Position numbers and translations under genes: made by a program. The notes under the pieces were generated by a model. It made no database searches, was not told the DNA's origin, and saw only the letters and a program-made list of their open reading frames with translations. Below, piece after piece: positions 8,770-18,763 of a stretch of DNA of 64,000 nucleotides (within the stretch, counting starts at the first letter, position 1; each line of letters opens with the position of its first letter). The stretch is from an uncultured Gammaproteobacteria bacterium. GTDB lineage: Bacteria; Patescibacteriota; Microgenomatia; Levybacterales; GWA1-39-11. Location of the stretch: NCBI GenBank assembly GCA_964504535.1, contig CAZDED010000003.1, positions 70,850 to 134,849 on the forward strand. Direction: 5' to 3'.

Positions 8770-9913
8770 CAGCCTCACTTTATCCCCTCCAGGATGCGAT
8801 TTTAGGCCCCTAAAATATACGAGAGCACTATATGGTCGTCTACTTTTAGTAGCCACGAGTCATTAGACAATAGACAACAGCAAAAAAATCTTTTCCTGTA
8901 TTTTCGAATACTCTAGCAACATCCCATAGTAGAGTAGTGTGCAGGCATAGATAAGCCCGTGCAAAAGAGCGCATGAAACGCTGTAGGGGTGAATTTCTCT
9001 GTAATACAAGACGTAACAACAATTTAACATGCACAGATACCTTAGAGCCAAAATGTTGCTTAGCCTCAAATATCATTTCTATGTCGTAAAAGTATTATTG
9101 TGCGACATAATTGATAGGCACACTCCAAAAGTTTCGACGGAGGAGAAACCGTAGCCTCGTTCTCGTGCGAGCGTCAATAATTGCAGAAATTTGTTAACTT
9201 CCATTTAGCTTCAAATATCACTACTTTCGAGGCGTACGGCAGTCCTCTTACCTCATGATCAGTGCATATAAGTCTAATTGAGGCCAATTTTGGGAGGATT
9301 TAGCCTCAAAATGAGGCTTTTTTCGATTTTTTTTCGTATCTCCTCCTCCATCGTTGAGGCTAACAATTGATTAGTAGCCTCAAAACCGTGAAAAGTTATC
9401 GCAGAAAGCCGTGAAACGGCTTATCCACATTCACCCTTCATGTCGCCATTTATGTTGTAGAATCAATCCAAACTTCACTTTTTGAGGCAAAATGTGTGTG
9501 TTTTATTATATATAATTAACCTGTTGAAGGAGAAGATAAGAGATGGGACTCAAGCTATTCCTATTTTAAAATAATTATCAGCAAAAAACTGGGCAGTGTT
9601 TTGCTGTGAAGCTGGCTGATCTTATGCAGCTTCATAGAACACCCTACTGGTATATCTTTATTATGGGATACTATGGAATAATTATAGGATACCACACTAC
9701 TATATCTAACTATATCATTTGAACCTGCTATTCCACTTTATCACCACACCACTCTGGTTTATTGGTTATTAGCTACTAGCCATTAGACGCTAATAATAAA
9801 ACTAGTTAAATTGCTAAATAGATAAATAATGAATACATCTGATGAACTTGAGTTAATAACTATGGGATACTATAGAGTTATTTTTAGCTTCAAATAGCCT
9901 CAAAATTTGCTTT
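8770..9913. repeat. ORF-free AT-rich region with dispersed TAGC(C/T)TCAAA motifs (>=6), inverted repeat TTGAGGCTA-N12-TAGCCTCAA, terminator-like AGCCTCAAAATGAGGCTTTTTT, one perfect DnaA box TTATCCACA (~9421), repeated TATGGGATACTAT
   Basis: seen directly. Confidence 0.5.
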
Positions 9914-10711
9914 CTAGACTCCCCATTTAGAGAATATAACGAGAAATAATACGGATATAAAGCCCACCCACACATACTCCCAAAGTATTCCTTTAAAGAG
10001 TCGTCTCTCTAGCCATGCATGGCAAAGCCCCGAATAGGTGTAGAATATTCCAGTCAAAAAAAGTGAATACACTGAAGCGTTAACAGGCCACAAAACGAGT
10101 ACATAGGATAGCTGTAGTATTGATATAGCAATTGCCGCTGAGAAAAGCGCTATAGCCTTCACTTGGGTTGTATCCAAACTGTAGGTCCACAATGACTGAA
10201 TATTCATCAAAAATGATAACGGCAGGATAACAAGTGGCGTTAAAAGAACTGGAAGCCGTAGTGAAAATATAAAATTTACCAGAAAATAAAACACCAGAAG
10301 CGTTATGACAAATGCTACTATCCTCGCACTCCGGAGCAGATTTATTGTGCGAATACCAGAAACAGCGAAGATATTTTGTGTCAAAAATAATGAGTACAAA
10401 CCAAATGCATAGATGATAGTTATGATAAGCCGACTAATTAGGCGTGTTGGAACCAGAGTATAGAAAAAAGGAAAGGCAATCGTATAGAAAAATGGCAGAA
10501 CAAGAGTTGGCGCAACAAATGTCCCCTTGATATCCTTCCTCAGGATAAAAAGAAGCATCAAAACAGTAGCAACAGCTATTCCCAGCGACGCAACAAGCAG
10601 CTTTACTCCGCTAAAATATTCGCTCAAAAAAACTCCTGCTGATAAAAGTAAAACTGCGATAACAAATTTCTGACGCTTGTTGAGTTGTACGAGCTTGAGA
10701 AGTGTATTCAT
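9914..10711 (-). CDS. polytopic integral membrane protein, function unknown
   Basis: ~8 hydrophobic helices. Confidence 0.5.
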   Translation of the reverse strand: MNTLLKLVQLNKRQKFVIAVLLLSAGVFLSEYFSGVKLLVASLGIAVATVLMLLFILRKDIKGTFVAPTLVLPFFYTIAFPFFYTLVPTRLISRLIITIIYAFGLYSLFLTQNIFAVSGIRTINLLRSARIVAFVITLLVFYFLVNFIFSLRLPVLLTPLVILPLSFLMNIQSLWTYSLDTTQVKAIALFSAAIAISILQLSYVLVLWPVNASVYSLFLTGIFYTYSGLCHAWLERRLFKGILWEYVWVGFISVLFLVIFSKWGV

Positions 10712-10716
10712 ACGCC

Positions 10717-11229
10717 TTAAACGATTTTCATTGCATGATGAAGAGCTATAGCAAGAGCATCGGCACTATCGTCAAAATCCTTGTCTTTTTTACCGTTAAA
10801 GGCGAGTTTTGTCTCATCGAGATTAAGAAGAGTTCTCACAGTCTCTTGCACTCCTTTCTTTTCAGTCTTCCCACTCCCTGTAAGACTTAATTTCACAGTA
10901 CTAGGAGTATATTCAAAAACAGGTAGATCAAATAATGCAGCGGTCAGCATGATAACGCCACGGGCCTGACTTACCGATATCGCAGTCTTAACATTTCGAC
11001 CAAAAAATATATTCTCGACAATCAAACAATTCGGCTTATGTTTTTGAACCAAAGCGTTGAGGTTGGTGTGCAGGAGAAGCAATCTCTCGGGCATTGTGTT
11101 GATCTTTTCTGTGACTATACAGCCGTGGCCTACATATTTTATATGGAGTTCATCATTTTTGCGGGGTTTTTTTGTAATAACACCCCACCCTGTCCGGTTA
11201 GTACCAGGATCAATTCCGAAGATAATCAT
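10717..11229 (-). CDS. ruvC: crossover junction endodeoxyribonuclease RuvC
   Basis: MIIFGIDPGTNRTGWGVI N-terminus; ~170 aa; adjacent to yebC. Confidence 0.85.
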   Translation of the reverse strand: MIIFGIDPGTNRTGWGVITKKPRKNDELHIKYVGHGCIVTEKINTMPERLLLLHTNLNALVQKHKPNCLIVENIFFGRNVKTAISVSQARGVIMLTAALFDLPVFEYTPSTVKLSLTGSGKTEKKGVQETVRTLLNLDETKLAFNGKKDKDFDDSADALAIALHHAMKIV

Positions 11230-11232
11230 AAA

Positions 11233-11964
11233 CTAAGAACTATACTCCAAATTCGTGTAGACCTTTTGTACGTCATCCAATTCTTCAATTTTCTCTATTA
11301 ATTGTACAACTTTTTCTTCAATCTGAGGCGAAACACTCATCTTAGAATTTGGCTTATACACAAGAGATGCCTCCTCAACAGTAAGCCCACTTCCCTCTAT
11401 TGCTTGGCGGGCAGTTGTTAAGGCTTGTGGTTCACAATATAGTATCGCTACTTCATCTTCCTCTTCAAAATCGGAAATATTATTATCAAGAGCAATTGAT
11501 AGTATCTCATCAGATGATTTACCATTTTTTGAAACAATAATTTCGCCTGACTTCTGGAATAAATAACTTACTGCTCCTTGTCCCGCCATCGTTCCGCCAT
11601 TTTTTTCCATTATGTTTTTGACCTCAGCTACCGTTCTTTGTTTTTTATCTGTAACTGCCTCAACAAGTAATCCTACTCCACCCTGTGCAAATCCTTCATA
11701 CAGTACCTCAAATAGTTCAACTCCGCCGGCTCCACCACTCCCTTTTACAACTGCTCTCTCTATGCTATCCTTAGGCATATTCGCACCTTTTGCTTTGTCT
11801 ATGGCAAATCGAAGAGTTGCATTGAATCCTGGATCAGTGTTACCACCACCCTGCTTAACAGCAATAGTAATTGCATTGGCCAATTTAGTAAAAAGTTGAC
11901 CACGCTTAGCATCATTTGCTCCTTTTTGACGTTTGATTGTATCCCACTTTGAATGGCCTGACAT
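11233..11964 (-). CDS. yebC: YebC/PmpR family DNA-binding transcriptional regulator
   Basis: MSGHSKWDTIKRQKGANDAKRGQLFTKL N-terminus. Confidence 0.85.
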   Translation of the reverse strand: MSGHSKWDTIKRQKGANDAKRGQLFTKLANAITIAVKQGGGNTDPGFNATLRFAIDKAKGANMPKDSIERAVVKGSGGAGGVELFEVLYEGFAQGGVGLLVEAVTDKKQRTVAEVKNIMEKNGGTMAGQGAVSYLFQKSGEIIVSKNGKSSDEILSIALDNNISDFEEEDEVAILYCEPQALTTARQAIEGSGLTVEEASLVYKPNSKMSVSPQIEEKVVQLIEKIEELDDVQKVYTNLEYSS

Positions 11965-12042
11965 AGTGTTGTGATTAGTAATTAGTGATTAGTTATTATA
12001 GGTGTTTATCTATTCAAAAACAAGAATACCACTAATCGTTTC

Positions 12043-12702
12043 TTGACAATTTTTTTTAATTTCTCTACAATGGGACAATCAAAAATTCTGATGCCTAACC
12101 TCAAAGATAACGCAATAAAATTAGCTCTCGAAAATAATTGGGAAGAAGCAATCCTAATAAATAAAGAGATTCTGACAGAATCCCCAAAAGATATCGACTC
12201 ACTTAAAAGGCTAGCATATGCCTACATGCAGTCAGGAAATTTCGTTGATGCAAAGGAGACCTACAACGCCATTATAGATCTTGATAGTACTAATCCCATA
12301 GCTACAAAGAATTTAAGAAAACTTATGGCTCTTTCACAACAGAAAAACGGTGTAGCATCATCATCCCACATCAACCATATGGACAATGTATTCATTCAAG
12401 AGGCAGGTAAAACCAAAACCGTTGATCTGACAAATGTTGCCGATAAAAAGACCCTTATGAGTCTTCAGCATGGAGATGACATACAACTAATCATTAAAAG
12501 ATCAAAGATTTTTGCGTTAACATCCGATAAAACGTTTATAGGAATGCTCCCTGACAACGTAGGTATACGACTCATTGGATTTATGAAAGGTGGAAATGAA
12601 TATCAAGCGTGTATCAAGGGCGTTGATGATAAAAATGTTACTGTTTTTATTAAAGAAACCAAAAGAGCGAAGAAATACACCAATCAGTCTTCTTTTTCCT
12701 AA
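12043..12702 (+). CDS. TPR-like hypothetical protein
   Basis: ORF track; helical repeats. Confidence 0.4.
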   Translation: MTIFFNFSTMGQSKILMPNLKDNAIKLALENNWEEAILINKEILTESPKDIDSLKRLAYAYMQSGNFVDAKETYNAIIDLDSTNPIATKNLRKLMALSQQKNGVASSSHINHMDNVFIQEAGKTKTVDLTNVADKKTLMSLQHGDDIQLIIKRSKIFALTSDKTFIGMLPDNVGIRLIGFMKGGNEYQACIKGVDDKNVTVFIKETKRAKKYTNQSSFS

Positions 12703-12865
12703 CCTAGTCTCTTACATACAAAACTTTCTCATGCTGTAATTCTTTATGGACTGCATGTATTTCTTTTTTTGGTTTTTTGAGTTCTTTTCTCAAAGATAAT
12801 AAAGCAAGAAGAAACGAAACAATAAGCATGACAGAAACCATAACGATAAACATATCTAGAATATA

Positions 12866-13678
12866 TCAGAAACTGAGCATCGAATCCAAATCGTCTCCCA
12901 AAAAAACGGTAACATCTGCTGACTGGGATACCTTCTCTTTTTTTACAGGAAATCCCAATAATCCAGATAATGAGTTCATATAGCTGTCAGGCTTACCAGG
13001 ATAGGCTATAAAGGAATTAGAATTCTTAGTGCTGGTTCTGACAGCAATTACATTGTAGCCCAGTCTTGTGAGGATTCCTGCCACTTCAGTTCCAAGGCCG
13101 TCTATTGATGTTCCATTCTCTACTTCAATTGTATATTCCATATTATTAATCACAGAGTCTTTAAAAAGATCACCTACTTTTTCTTTCATCTGATCCTGAT
13201 TAAAAATATTGATCCTGATTTCGTGAGTGTTGTCAGACAACGAACCATTTACAGCATTTGCCAATTTATAAATGTCGTATTTATCAATATTTTTAAAAAC
13301 CAGATTATCACCTCCAAATACGAGCCGGGAAACGTTTGTGGAAGAAGCAAACTCCTTAAGGTTTACGGGAGGCTTATTGTCAAATATCATGGCGTTTATA
13401 GGTATGCCAAGTGCGATAGAGGACTCGACAGGCCCTTTTCCTTTTACAAAGCTTCGTATGTCACCGATAGCCAAAAATAGAGCTGATTTACTCGCTCTAT
13501 CAACGAATATGATTTTTGAATCCTTTGCAACGATAAGGAGCGAAAAAGAATTATTCCTAAATGAGGACTGAAGAATTTCGTTACCGACCCTAAAAATAAT
13601 AGATCCTATTATTAGCAGGATAACAGCAAGTATAAAAATCTTAAGGTAAAAAAAACTAGCTATTTTTTCTTGGAACAT
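12866..13678 (-). CDS. LytR-CpsA-Psr (LCP) family protein with LytR_C-like C-terminus
   Basis: N-terminal TM; C-terminal SIDGLGTEVAGILTRLGYNVIAV. Confidence 0.45.
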   Translation of the reverse strand: MFQEKIASFFYLKIFILAVILLIIGSIIFRVGNEILQSSFRNNSFSLLIVAKDSKIIFVDRASKSALFLAIGDIRSFVKGKGPVESSIALGIPINAMIFDNKPPVNLKEFASSTNVSRLVFGGDNLVFKNIDKYDIYKLANAVNGSLSDNTHEIRINIFNQDQMKEKVGDLFKDSVINNMEYTIEVENGTSIDGLGTEVAGILTRLGYNVIAVRTSTKNSNSFIAYPGKPDSYMNSLSGLLGFPVKKEKVSQSADVTVFLGDDLDSMLSF

Positions 13679-13680
13679 AA

Positions 13681-15384
13681 TTAGTGCACAAAGTGAAATT
13701 TACGGAGTTTTCTGAGTAGTTCAATCGTATTTTTTTCTGAAAATCCTAACAGCTCAAGCACTTTCTTTCCAATTCGAAGACCTGCCTCAAATTCCGGGAT
13801 GACAATTGTATTTACTCCTAGATTTACCAGTTCATACTTATCTTCATCGATGTGGGATCTACAAAGAACAGTAAGCTTAGGGTTTAGATCAAGTGCAGTT
13901 TTGATAATGACCTTCTGCGAATAACTGTCAGGCAGTGCTACAACTAAAATTTTAGCCGTTTTTATTCCGGCGCTTTTCAACACATCACTATCCGTTGGGT
14001 CACCATACAGCCCATTTTTCATGTTCTTAGAAAGTTCATCTATAATTCTCCTATCAAAATCTATCACTACGTATTCTATCTCCCCCATATCTAAAAGGTT
14101 CCGAACCTCCCTCCCCACCCTTCCATGTCCCAATATAATTACGTGGTTCTCAATTTTTTCATATGTTGATCTCATATAATAATGCGAATCGCCCATGAAT
14201 TTCTTCACGAATTTCGTATTTTTATATTTTTCAAAAATCGACTTAGTTGTCCAGTTAACAACCGGTATCAGTATAAGAGAAGTAATAAATATAGCGAGCA
14301 AATTCTCATAATTTTGAGCAGTTATAAAATGGGAAACAAAAGCTATTTGGGCAACTACAACAGCAAACTCACCGATATTGCTTAAATTAGATGAAATAAA
14401 AATATTAGCACTTGGCAAGAATTTAAAGAAACGTAAAATAAAGAATGCAACAAAAAACTTAACGGTGAGAATAAGTATTGTTGTAACAATAACAACGGGT
14501 AATGACCATAATAATGTTTCTCCATTAACAAGCATTCCTATCATAACAAAGAAGAGAACAAGCAAAATATCTCTTAAGGGTTTTATGGATGCCAATGGTG
14601 CTAGATTTTTCCCCTCTTCTGATATCAATATTCCGGCAAAAAAAGCAGCAATGGTTTGAGGAAGACCTGCAATTGTCAGAATCCCCACAGAAACAACAGC
14701 AGTAAAGATTGTTGCAAGTATTGTCAGTTCTTGTTGTGGATATCTGAATAGTATATGGAATAATTTTGAAAGAAAAACGCGACTAATAATGTACATAGCA
14801 ATAAAGGCTATAAGAGGTTTTATAGACGTTACAATAAAAGTAATAACGGTATCGGGAAATCTAAAATGCGCATTAAAAAGTAATGGAATAAGAAATATTA
14901 CTGGCACGATAAAAAGGTCTTGAATAAGCAGAATTATAAATACGTTATTCCCAGGGAAATTTGAAACCATACCTTTCTCTTCCAAGATTTTTAGAATTAC
15001 AGCAGTTGATGAAAAAGAGAACAATACAGCAAATAATACCGCTATTTGTAAACTAAAATGAAAGAGAAGTAGTATCGGAAAGACTAAAGCACTTGTTATA
15101 AGTATCTGAAAAATGGATGCTAAAACAATTTTTTTATTGACTCGCATAAGAGTCGAAAATGAAATTTCAAAGCCAAGAGTAAATAAAAGAAGGGAAACTC
15201 CAACCTGTGACAAAGAAAAAAGACTCTCGTATGAGGGGATAAAACCCTTTCCAACAACTCCGAAAATTATTCCACTAACAAGATAGCCAACAACGGGAGG
15301 AAGCTTTACGGTCCTTGCAGCAAATCCTCCAATAAAGGCTGCTATAACAAGAATAATTATCTCGTTGATAAATGAAGCATGCAT
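13681..15384 (-). CDS. CPA2-family cation:proton antiporter with C-terminal TrkA-N (RCK) domain (KefB-like)
   Basis: ~12 TM N-terminal domain; VIILGHGRVGREV Rossmann motif. Confidence 0.75.
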   Translation of the reverse strand: MHASFINEIIILVIAAFIGGFAARTVKLPPVVGYLVSGIIFGVVGKGFIPSYESLFSLSQVGVSLLLFTLGFEISFSTLMRVNKKIVLASIFQILITSALVFPILLLFHFSLQIAVLFAVLFSFSSTAVILKILEEKGMVSNFPGNNVFIILLIQDLFIVPVIFLIPLLFNAHFRFPDTVITFIVTSIKPLIAFIAMYIISRVFLSKLFHILFRYPQQELTILATIFTAVVSVGILTIAGLPQTIAAFFAGILISEEGKNLAPLASIKPLRDILLVLFFVMIGMLVNGETLLWSLPVVIVTTILILTVKFFVAFFILRFFKFLPSANIFISSNLSNIGEFAVVVAQIAFVSHFITAQNYENLLAIFITSLILIPVVNWTTKSIFEKYKNTKFVKKFMGDSHYYMRSTYEKIENHVIILGHGRVGREVRNLLDMGEIEYVVIDFDRRIIDELSKNMKNGLYGDPTDSDVLKSAGIKTAKILVVALPDSYSQKVIIKTALDLNPKLTVLCRSHIDEDKYELVNLGVNTIVIPEFEAGLRIGKKVLELLGFSEKNTIELLRKLRKFHFVH

Positions 15385-15449
15385 AATTTATTAGTTAAAA
15401 GTCAGAAGCTAATAGCTAGTAAATAGTAGCTGCTAGCTTTCAATCAAGT

Positions 15450-16184
15450 TTAGGTGAGTTGACCTAAAAAATCAACTAATTCTGAGGTTAATGGAACTAC
15501 AAACGTCACTTTTTTTTCAGTCGTAGGACTGATAAATGATATCGTTGATGCGTGCAGGAAATGTCTCCATAAATGCTTTCTGTCTCGTGCAAATGTCTTT
15601 CTACCTGCATAGAGGCTGTCTGCATAGATTGGGTGACCAGCATACTGCATATGAACGCGGATTTGATGTGTTCTTCCTGTTTGAGGATAAACTTCTACAA
15701 AACTTAATTCTTCAACCGTCTTTCCATCCTTTAATTTTTTGTGTGAGATGGTTTTAAATTTTGTGTATGACTCCCTTCCCTGAGGGATTACACCAAAACG
15801 CATACGGTTCCAGGGTAGTCTTCCAATCGGAACATTAATCTCACCCTCCGACACTAATTTCCCATGCACAAGAGCAAGATATTCTTTTTTGACGATTCTG
15901 TCTTTAAATTGTTTTTGTATAAAATCAAAACTGTTACTATTTAGAGCAACGATCAAAGCGCCACTAGTTTCTTTATCGAGTCTGTGCACTATCCCTCCCC
16001 TCTTCTCAAATTCAGTATCTGTCCCCTGTCCCCTGTCCCCTGTCTCCTGCTTTTCTAAAATCCAATCCTGAACTGTATATTCATCACGCGATGTGTCTGC
16101 GTTATTTACGATCATCCCCGCTGGCTTGTTAATAACCACAAAATTATTGTCTTGGAAAATTACTTGGGGGATTTTGTGATCCAT
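15450..16184 (-). CDS. RluA-family pseudouridine synthase
   Basis: HRLDKETSGALIVA catalytic Asp motif; contains low-complexity insert. Confidence 0.75.
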   Translation of the reverse strand: MDHKIPQVIFQDNNFVVINKPAGMIVNNADTSRDEYTVQDWILEKQETGDRGQGTDTEFEKRGGIVHRLDKETSGALIVALNSNSFDFIQKQFKDRIVKKEYLALVHGKLVSEGEINVPIGRLPWNRMRFGVIPQGRESYTKFKTISHKKLKDGKTVEELSFVEVYPQTGRTHQIRVHMQYAGHPIYADSLYAGRKTFARDRKHLWRHFLHASTISFISPTTEKKVTFVVPLTSELVDFLGQLT

Positions 16185-16185
16185 T

Positions 16186-16845
16186 TTACTGTTTGTTAAA
16201 TGTGTCTCTTTGGACTAAGAACAGCAATACAAATGATACCAATGTTGATATGGTAAGTATTGCATTGTACCAAAGATATTTTTGAGAAAATATTCCATAC
16301 GAGGCAAATGAAAAAGCGAGATTTACGAGTGAATATGTAATGATGGTAAGAAATGTTATAAATCCATCTTTCGTTGTATATTTATTATGAATTTTTATAA
16401 ACCATCCATAAAATCCGAGTAAGACAACCGTAGCAATTATTTTTATGATGAGAAAAACACCACTGTTGCTTTGTAAAAGTATGTCAAACAGTATTATTGG
16501 CGAAAAAGACATAAGATATATGTCAATAATCCTTAACTTGTTTTTCTTTTTTCTAAAAAGAAGCAGAAGAGCTATTATCATCCCGGCAAACCCAATGTAT
16601 GGCACAATCCCCCAATATTTTGTCAGGTAGAAAAACCGCAATGGATTTAGAATTTGCAATGATCCGACATAAAACGAGAATGCAATACGCGATAGAACAA
16701 AAAATACGAATAGACTTATGAAAACATTGTCATACACCTGACGCAACGAGATACTTTGACGAAGTAAAACAAAATCATGCCTAGACACTGCATAAAGAAT
16801 GAAAAGTGACAAAAATATTCCTAAAATATAAAAAAGTAAATACAT
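16186..16845 (-). CDS. integral membrane protein, unknown
   Basis: hydrophobic helices. Confidence 0.45.
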   Translation of the reverse strand: MYLLFYILGIFLSLFILYAVSRHDFVLLRQSISLRQVYDNVFISLFVFFVLSRIAFSFYVGSLQILNPLRFFYLTKYWGIVPYIGFAGMIIALLLLFRKKKNKLRIIDIYLMSFSPIILFDILLQSNSGVFLIIKIIATVVLLGFYGWFIKIHNKYTTKDGFITFLTIITYSLVNLAFSFASYGIFSQKYLWYNAILTISTLVSFVLLFLVQRDTFNKQ

Positions 16846-16849
16846 AGAT

Positions 16850-18139
16850 TTAGCTAAATTTGGATAACAATGTTTCTTTCTTTTTGAACAAAAAGACTTT
16901 TGCTAAACCTAACAATAACAACAAAATGCCCATCCCAATGAGCACTGCCCTAACTCCCAGCACATCTGCAAATACCCCGGCAAGAATAATAGGAATAAAA
17001 GCAAAAATACCAACAACGACAAATAACAATCCGTACACTTTTGATAAAGATTTCCTGCTAATATGAGTTTGTACTATGGTCTGCGCCGGAACAAATATGC
17101 AGGAATTGGCAACACCTGCTAAAAATGTGATTCCCAATGAAAGGAAAACGAGGTTAAAATATTTCTGCTGATCAATCACCCCAAACAAAAAAAGAATGAT
17201 ACTGGAAAGAAATATTCCAAAACTAATAACCTTTTCTTTATTCGCATGGGCGAATTTGCTCCCAATCACAAGCGCTGATAATAAAGTCCCAAGCGCTGCA
17301 GGTGCAAAAATAACGAGAGATATATCTTCTGCGCTGACGTGCAAGGTTTTTTGTGCATAATCAGGAACAAGCGTTGCCAAAACTAAAATGATAACTTGAG
17401 AAAGCGCGAGGAAAAGAAGTGAACTGGTAACATTATTTTTGCTTCTTAAAATTTTTATTACTTCACGAAATTCTTTCCCAACGAGTCTATATAAATGAAA
17501 AACGTTTGCAGCGATCGTTTTTTCCGTCCTCAACTTTCTAACTGATGGGGCTACATCAGGCATCAACTGGACGCAGATATATGCTATGGCAAAAAGTGCA
17601 GCGATGAACAAAAATATTCCCCCTCCGGGAAAAATTCTCATCGCAGGTCCAGCAATAACATATCCAATAAGAATTGATCCAAATAGACATACACCAAAGA
17701 TTGCATTAGCCGACAACAGCTGATCACGTTTGACCAAATGAGGAATGATTGGGGCTTCGGCTGGAATATAGAATTGTGTCACCAGTGCAATTGCCAATTG
17801 AAAACTATAGATAAATACTAAGGTGTCTTTAACAAAAAAGAAAAGGACAAGAATGAGGGCGCGGGAAACATTCCCAAATATCAGTATTTTTCTTTTGTTT
17901 TTAGCATCGGCAATAATTCCTCCCAAAAAACTGAAAAGCACTTGCGGTATAAGAAATGTCATAACAAGTATCGAAACAGCAAAATTTGAATGTGTTAAGT
18001 TATAGGTAATAACGATCAGAACAATCGTTAACATATTTGAAGCAATCTGGGAAAAAATAACCGACAACGAAAATACTACGAATTGAGGACGGAAAAGTGG
18101 GCTGAGAAGATTGTTAGCTTGCGAAAACTTTTTGGACAT
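16850..18139 (-). CDS. MFS transporter
   Basis: 12 predicted TM; MFS-like loop motifs. Confidence 0.65.
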   Translation of the reverse strand: MSKKFSQANNLLSPLFRPQFVVFSLSVIFSQIASNMLTIVLIVITYNLTHSNFAVSILVMTFLIPQVLFSFLGGIIADAKNKRKILIFGNVSRALILVLFFFVKDTLVFIYSFQLAIALVTQFYIPAEAPIIPHLVKRDQLLSANAIFGVCLFGSILIGYVIAGPAMRIFPGGGIFLFIAALFAIAYICVQLMPDVAPSVRKLRTEKTIAANVFHLYRLVGKEFREVIKILRSKNNVTSSLLFLALSQVIILVLATLVPDYAQKTLHVSAEDISLVIFAPAALGTLLSALVIGSKFAHANKEKVISFGIFLSSIILFLFGVIDQQKYFNLVFLSLGITFLAGVANSCIFVPAQTIVQTHISRKSLSKVYGLLFVVVGIFAFIPIILAGVFADVLGVRAVLIGMGILLLLLGLAKVFLFKKKETLLSKFS

Positions 18140-18151
18140 ACCAAGAACTAT

Positions 18152-18706
18152 CTATGCTCTCTTAGTATAACTTCCATCTCTAGTGTCTACAACAATACTA
18201 TCCCCGGAATTAATAAAAAGTGGAACACGAGCCTTAATGCCATTCTCAAGTTCTGCATCTTTATATACATTTGAAGCACTATTACCCTTCACGCCCGGCG
18301 CCGTATCAATAACCTTCAGTGTGACTTTTGGTGGAAGCTGTAACGAAAGAGCTTTCCCATCATTCATTTGGACGATAGCTTCATTGCCCTCTATTAGGAA
18401 TTCGTGTCCTATCAAACTTTTCAACGGTACATCGACTTGCTCGTATGTCCTAGGGTCCATAAAATGTGCTCCTGCTCCATCTTTATATAGAAATTGCAAC
18501 TGGCGGCTCTCAAGATATATATCTTTTATCATGGCGCCATTTATGTAGCTTTTTTCAAGAGTTGCCCCATTGAGTAAATTCCTAACCTTGACCTTAATAT
18601 TCGCACTCCCCCGCCCCATCTTTATATGTTCGTACGACATGACCTGAAGGATTTGTCCATCTTCTTCATAGGCGATACCTTGTTTTAAATCTGTTACTGA
18701 AATCAT
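18152..18706 (-). CDS. efp: translation elongation factor P
   Basis: 184 aa; MISVTDLKQGIAYEEDGQILQV; KPGKG-like loop GVKGNS. Confidence 0.8.
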   Translation of the reverse strand: MISVTDLKQGIAYEEDGQILQVMSYEHIKMGRGSANIKVKVRNLLNGATLEKSYINGAMIKDIYLESRQLQFLYKDGAGAHFMDPRTYEQVDVPLKSLIGHEFLIEGNEAIVQMNDGKALSLQLPPKVTLKVIDTAPGVKGNSASNVYKDAELENGIKARVPLFINSGDSIVVDTRDGSYTKRA

Positions 18707-18763
18707 AGTTCAATTAAAAAATTGTAAGGGTCTTATTGTACCAGTTTTAAGCTAAATCTTCCA

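Noticed and set aside
9421-9429. Chromosomal oriC call based on DnaA box
   Set aside because: There is only one perfect TTATCCACA box and no adjacent dnaA or dnaN. This is recorded only as a possibility within the broader finding, not as a feature call.
8770-9913. CRISPR array
   Set aside because: The repeats (TAGCCTCAAA and others) are short, irregularly spaced and in both orientations. There is no regular repeat-spacer periodicity and no cas genes.
11612-11899. 95-aa plus-strand ORF
   Set aside because: It is antisense within yebC, and its Pro/Ser-rich translation is an artefact.
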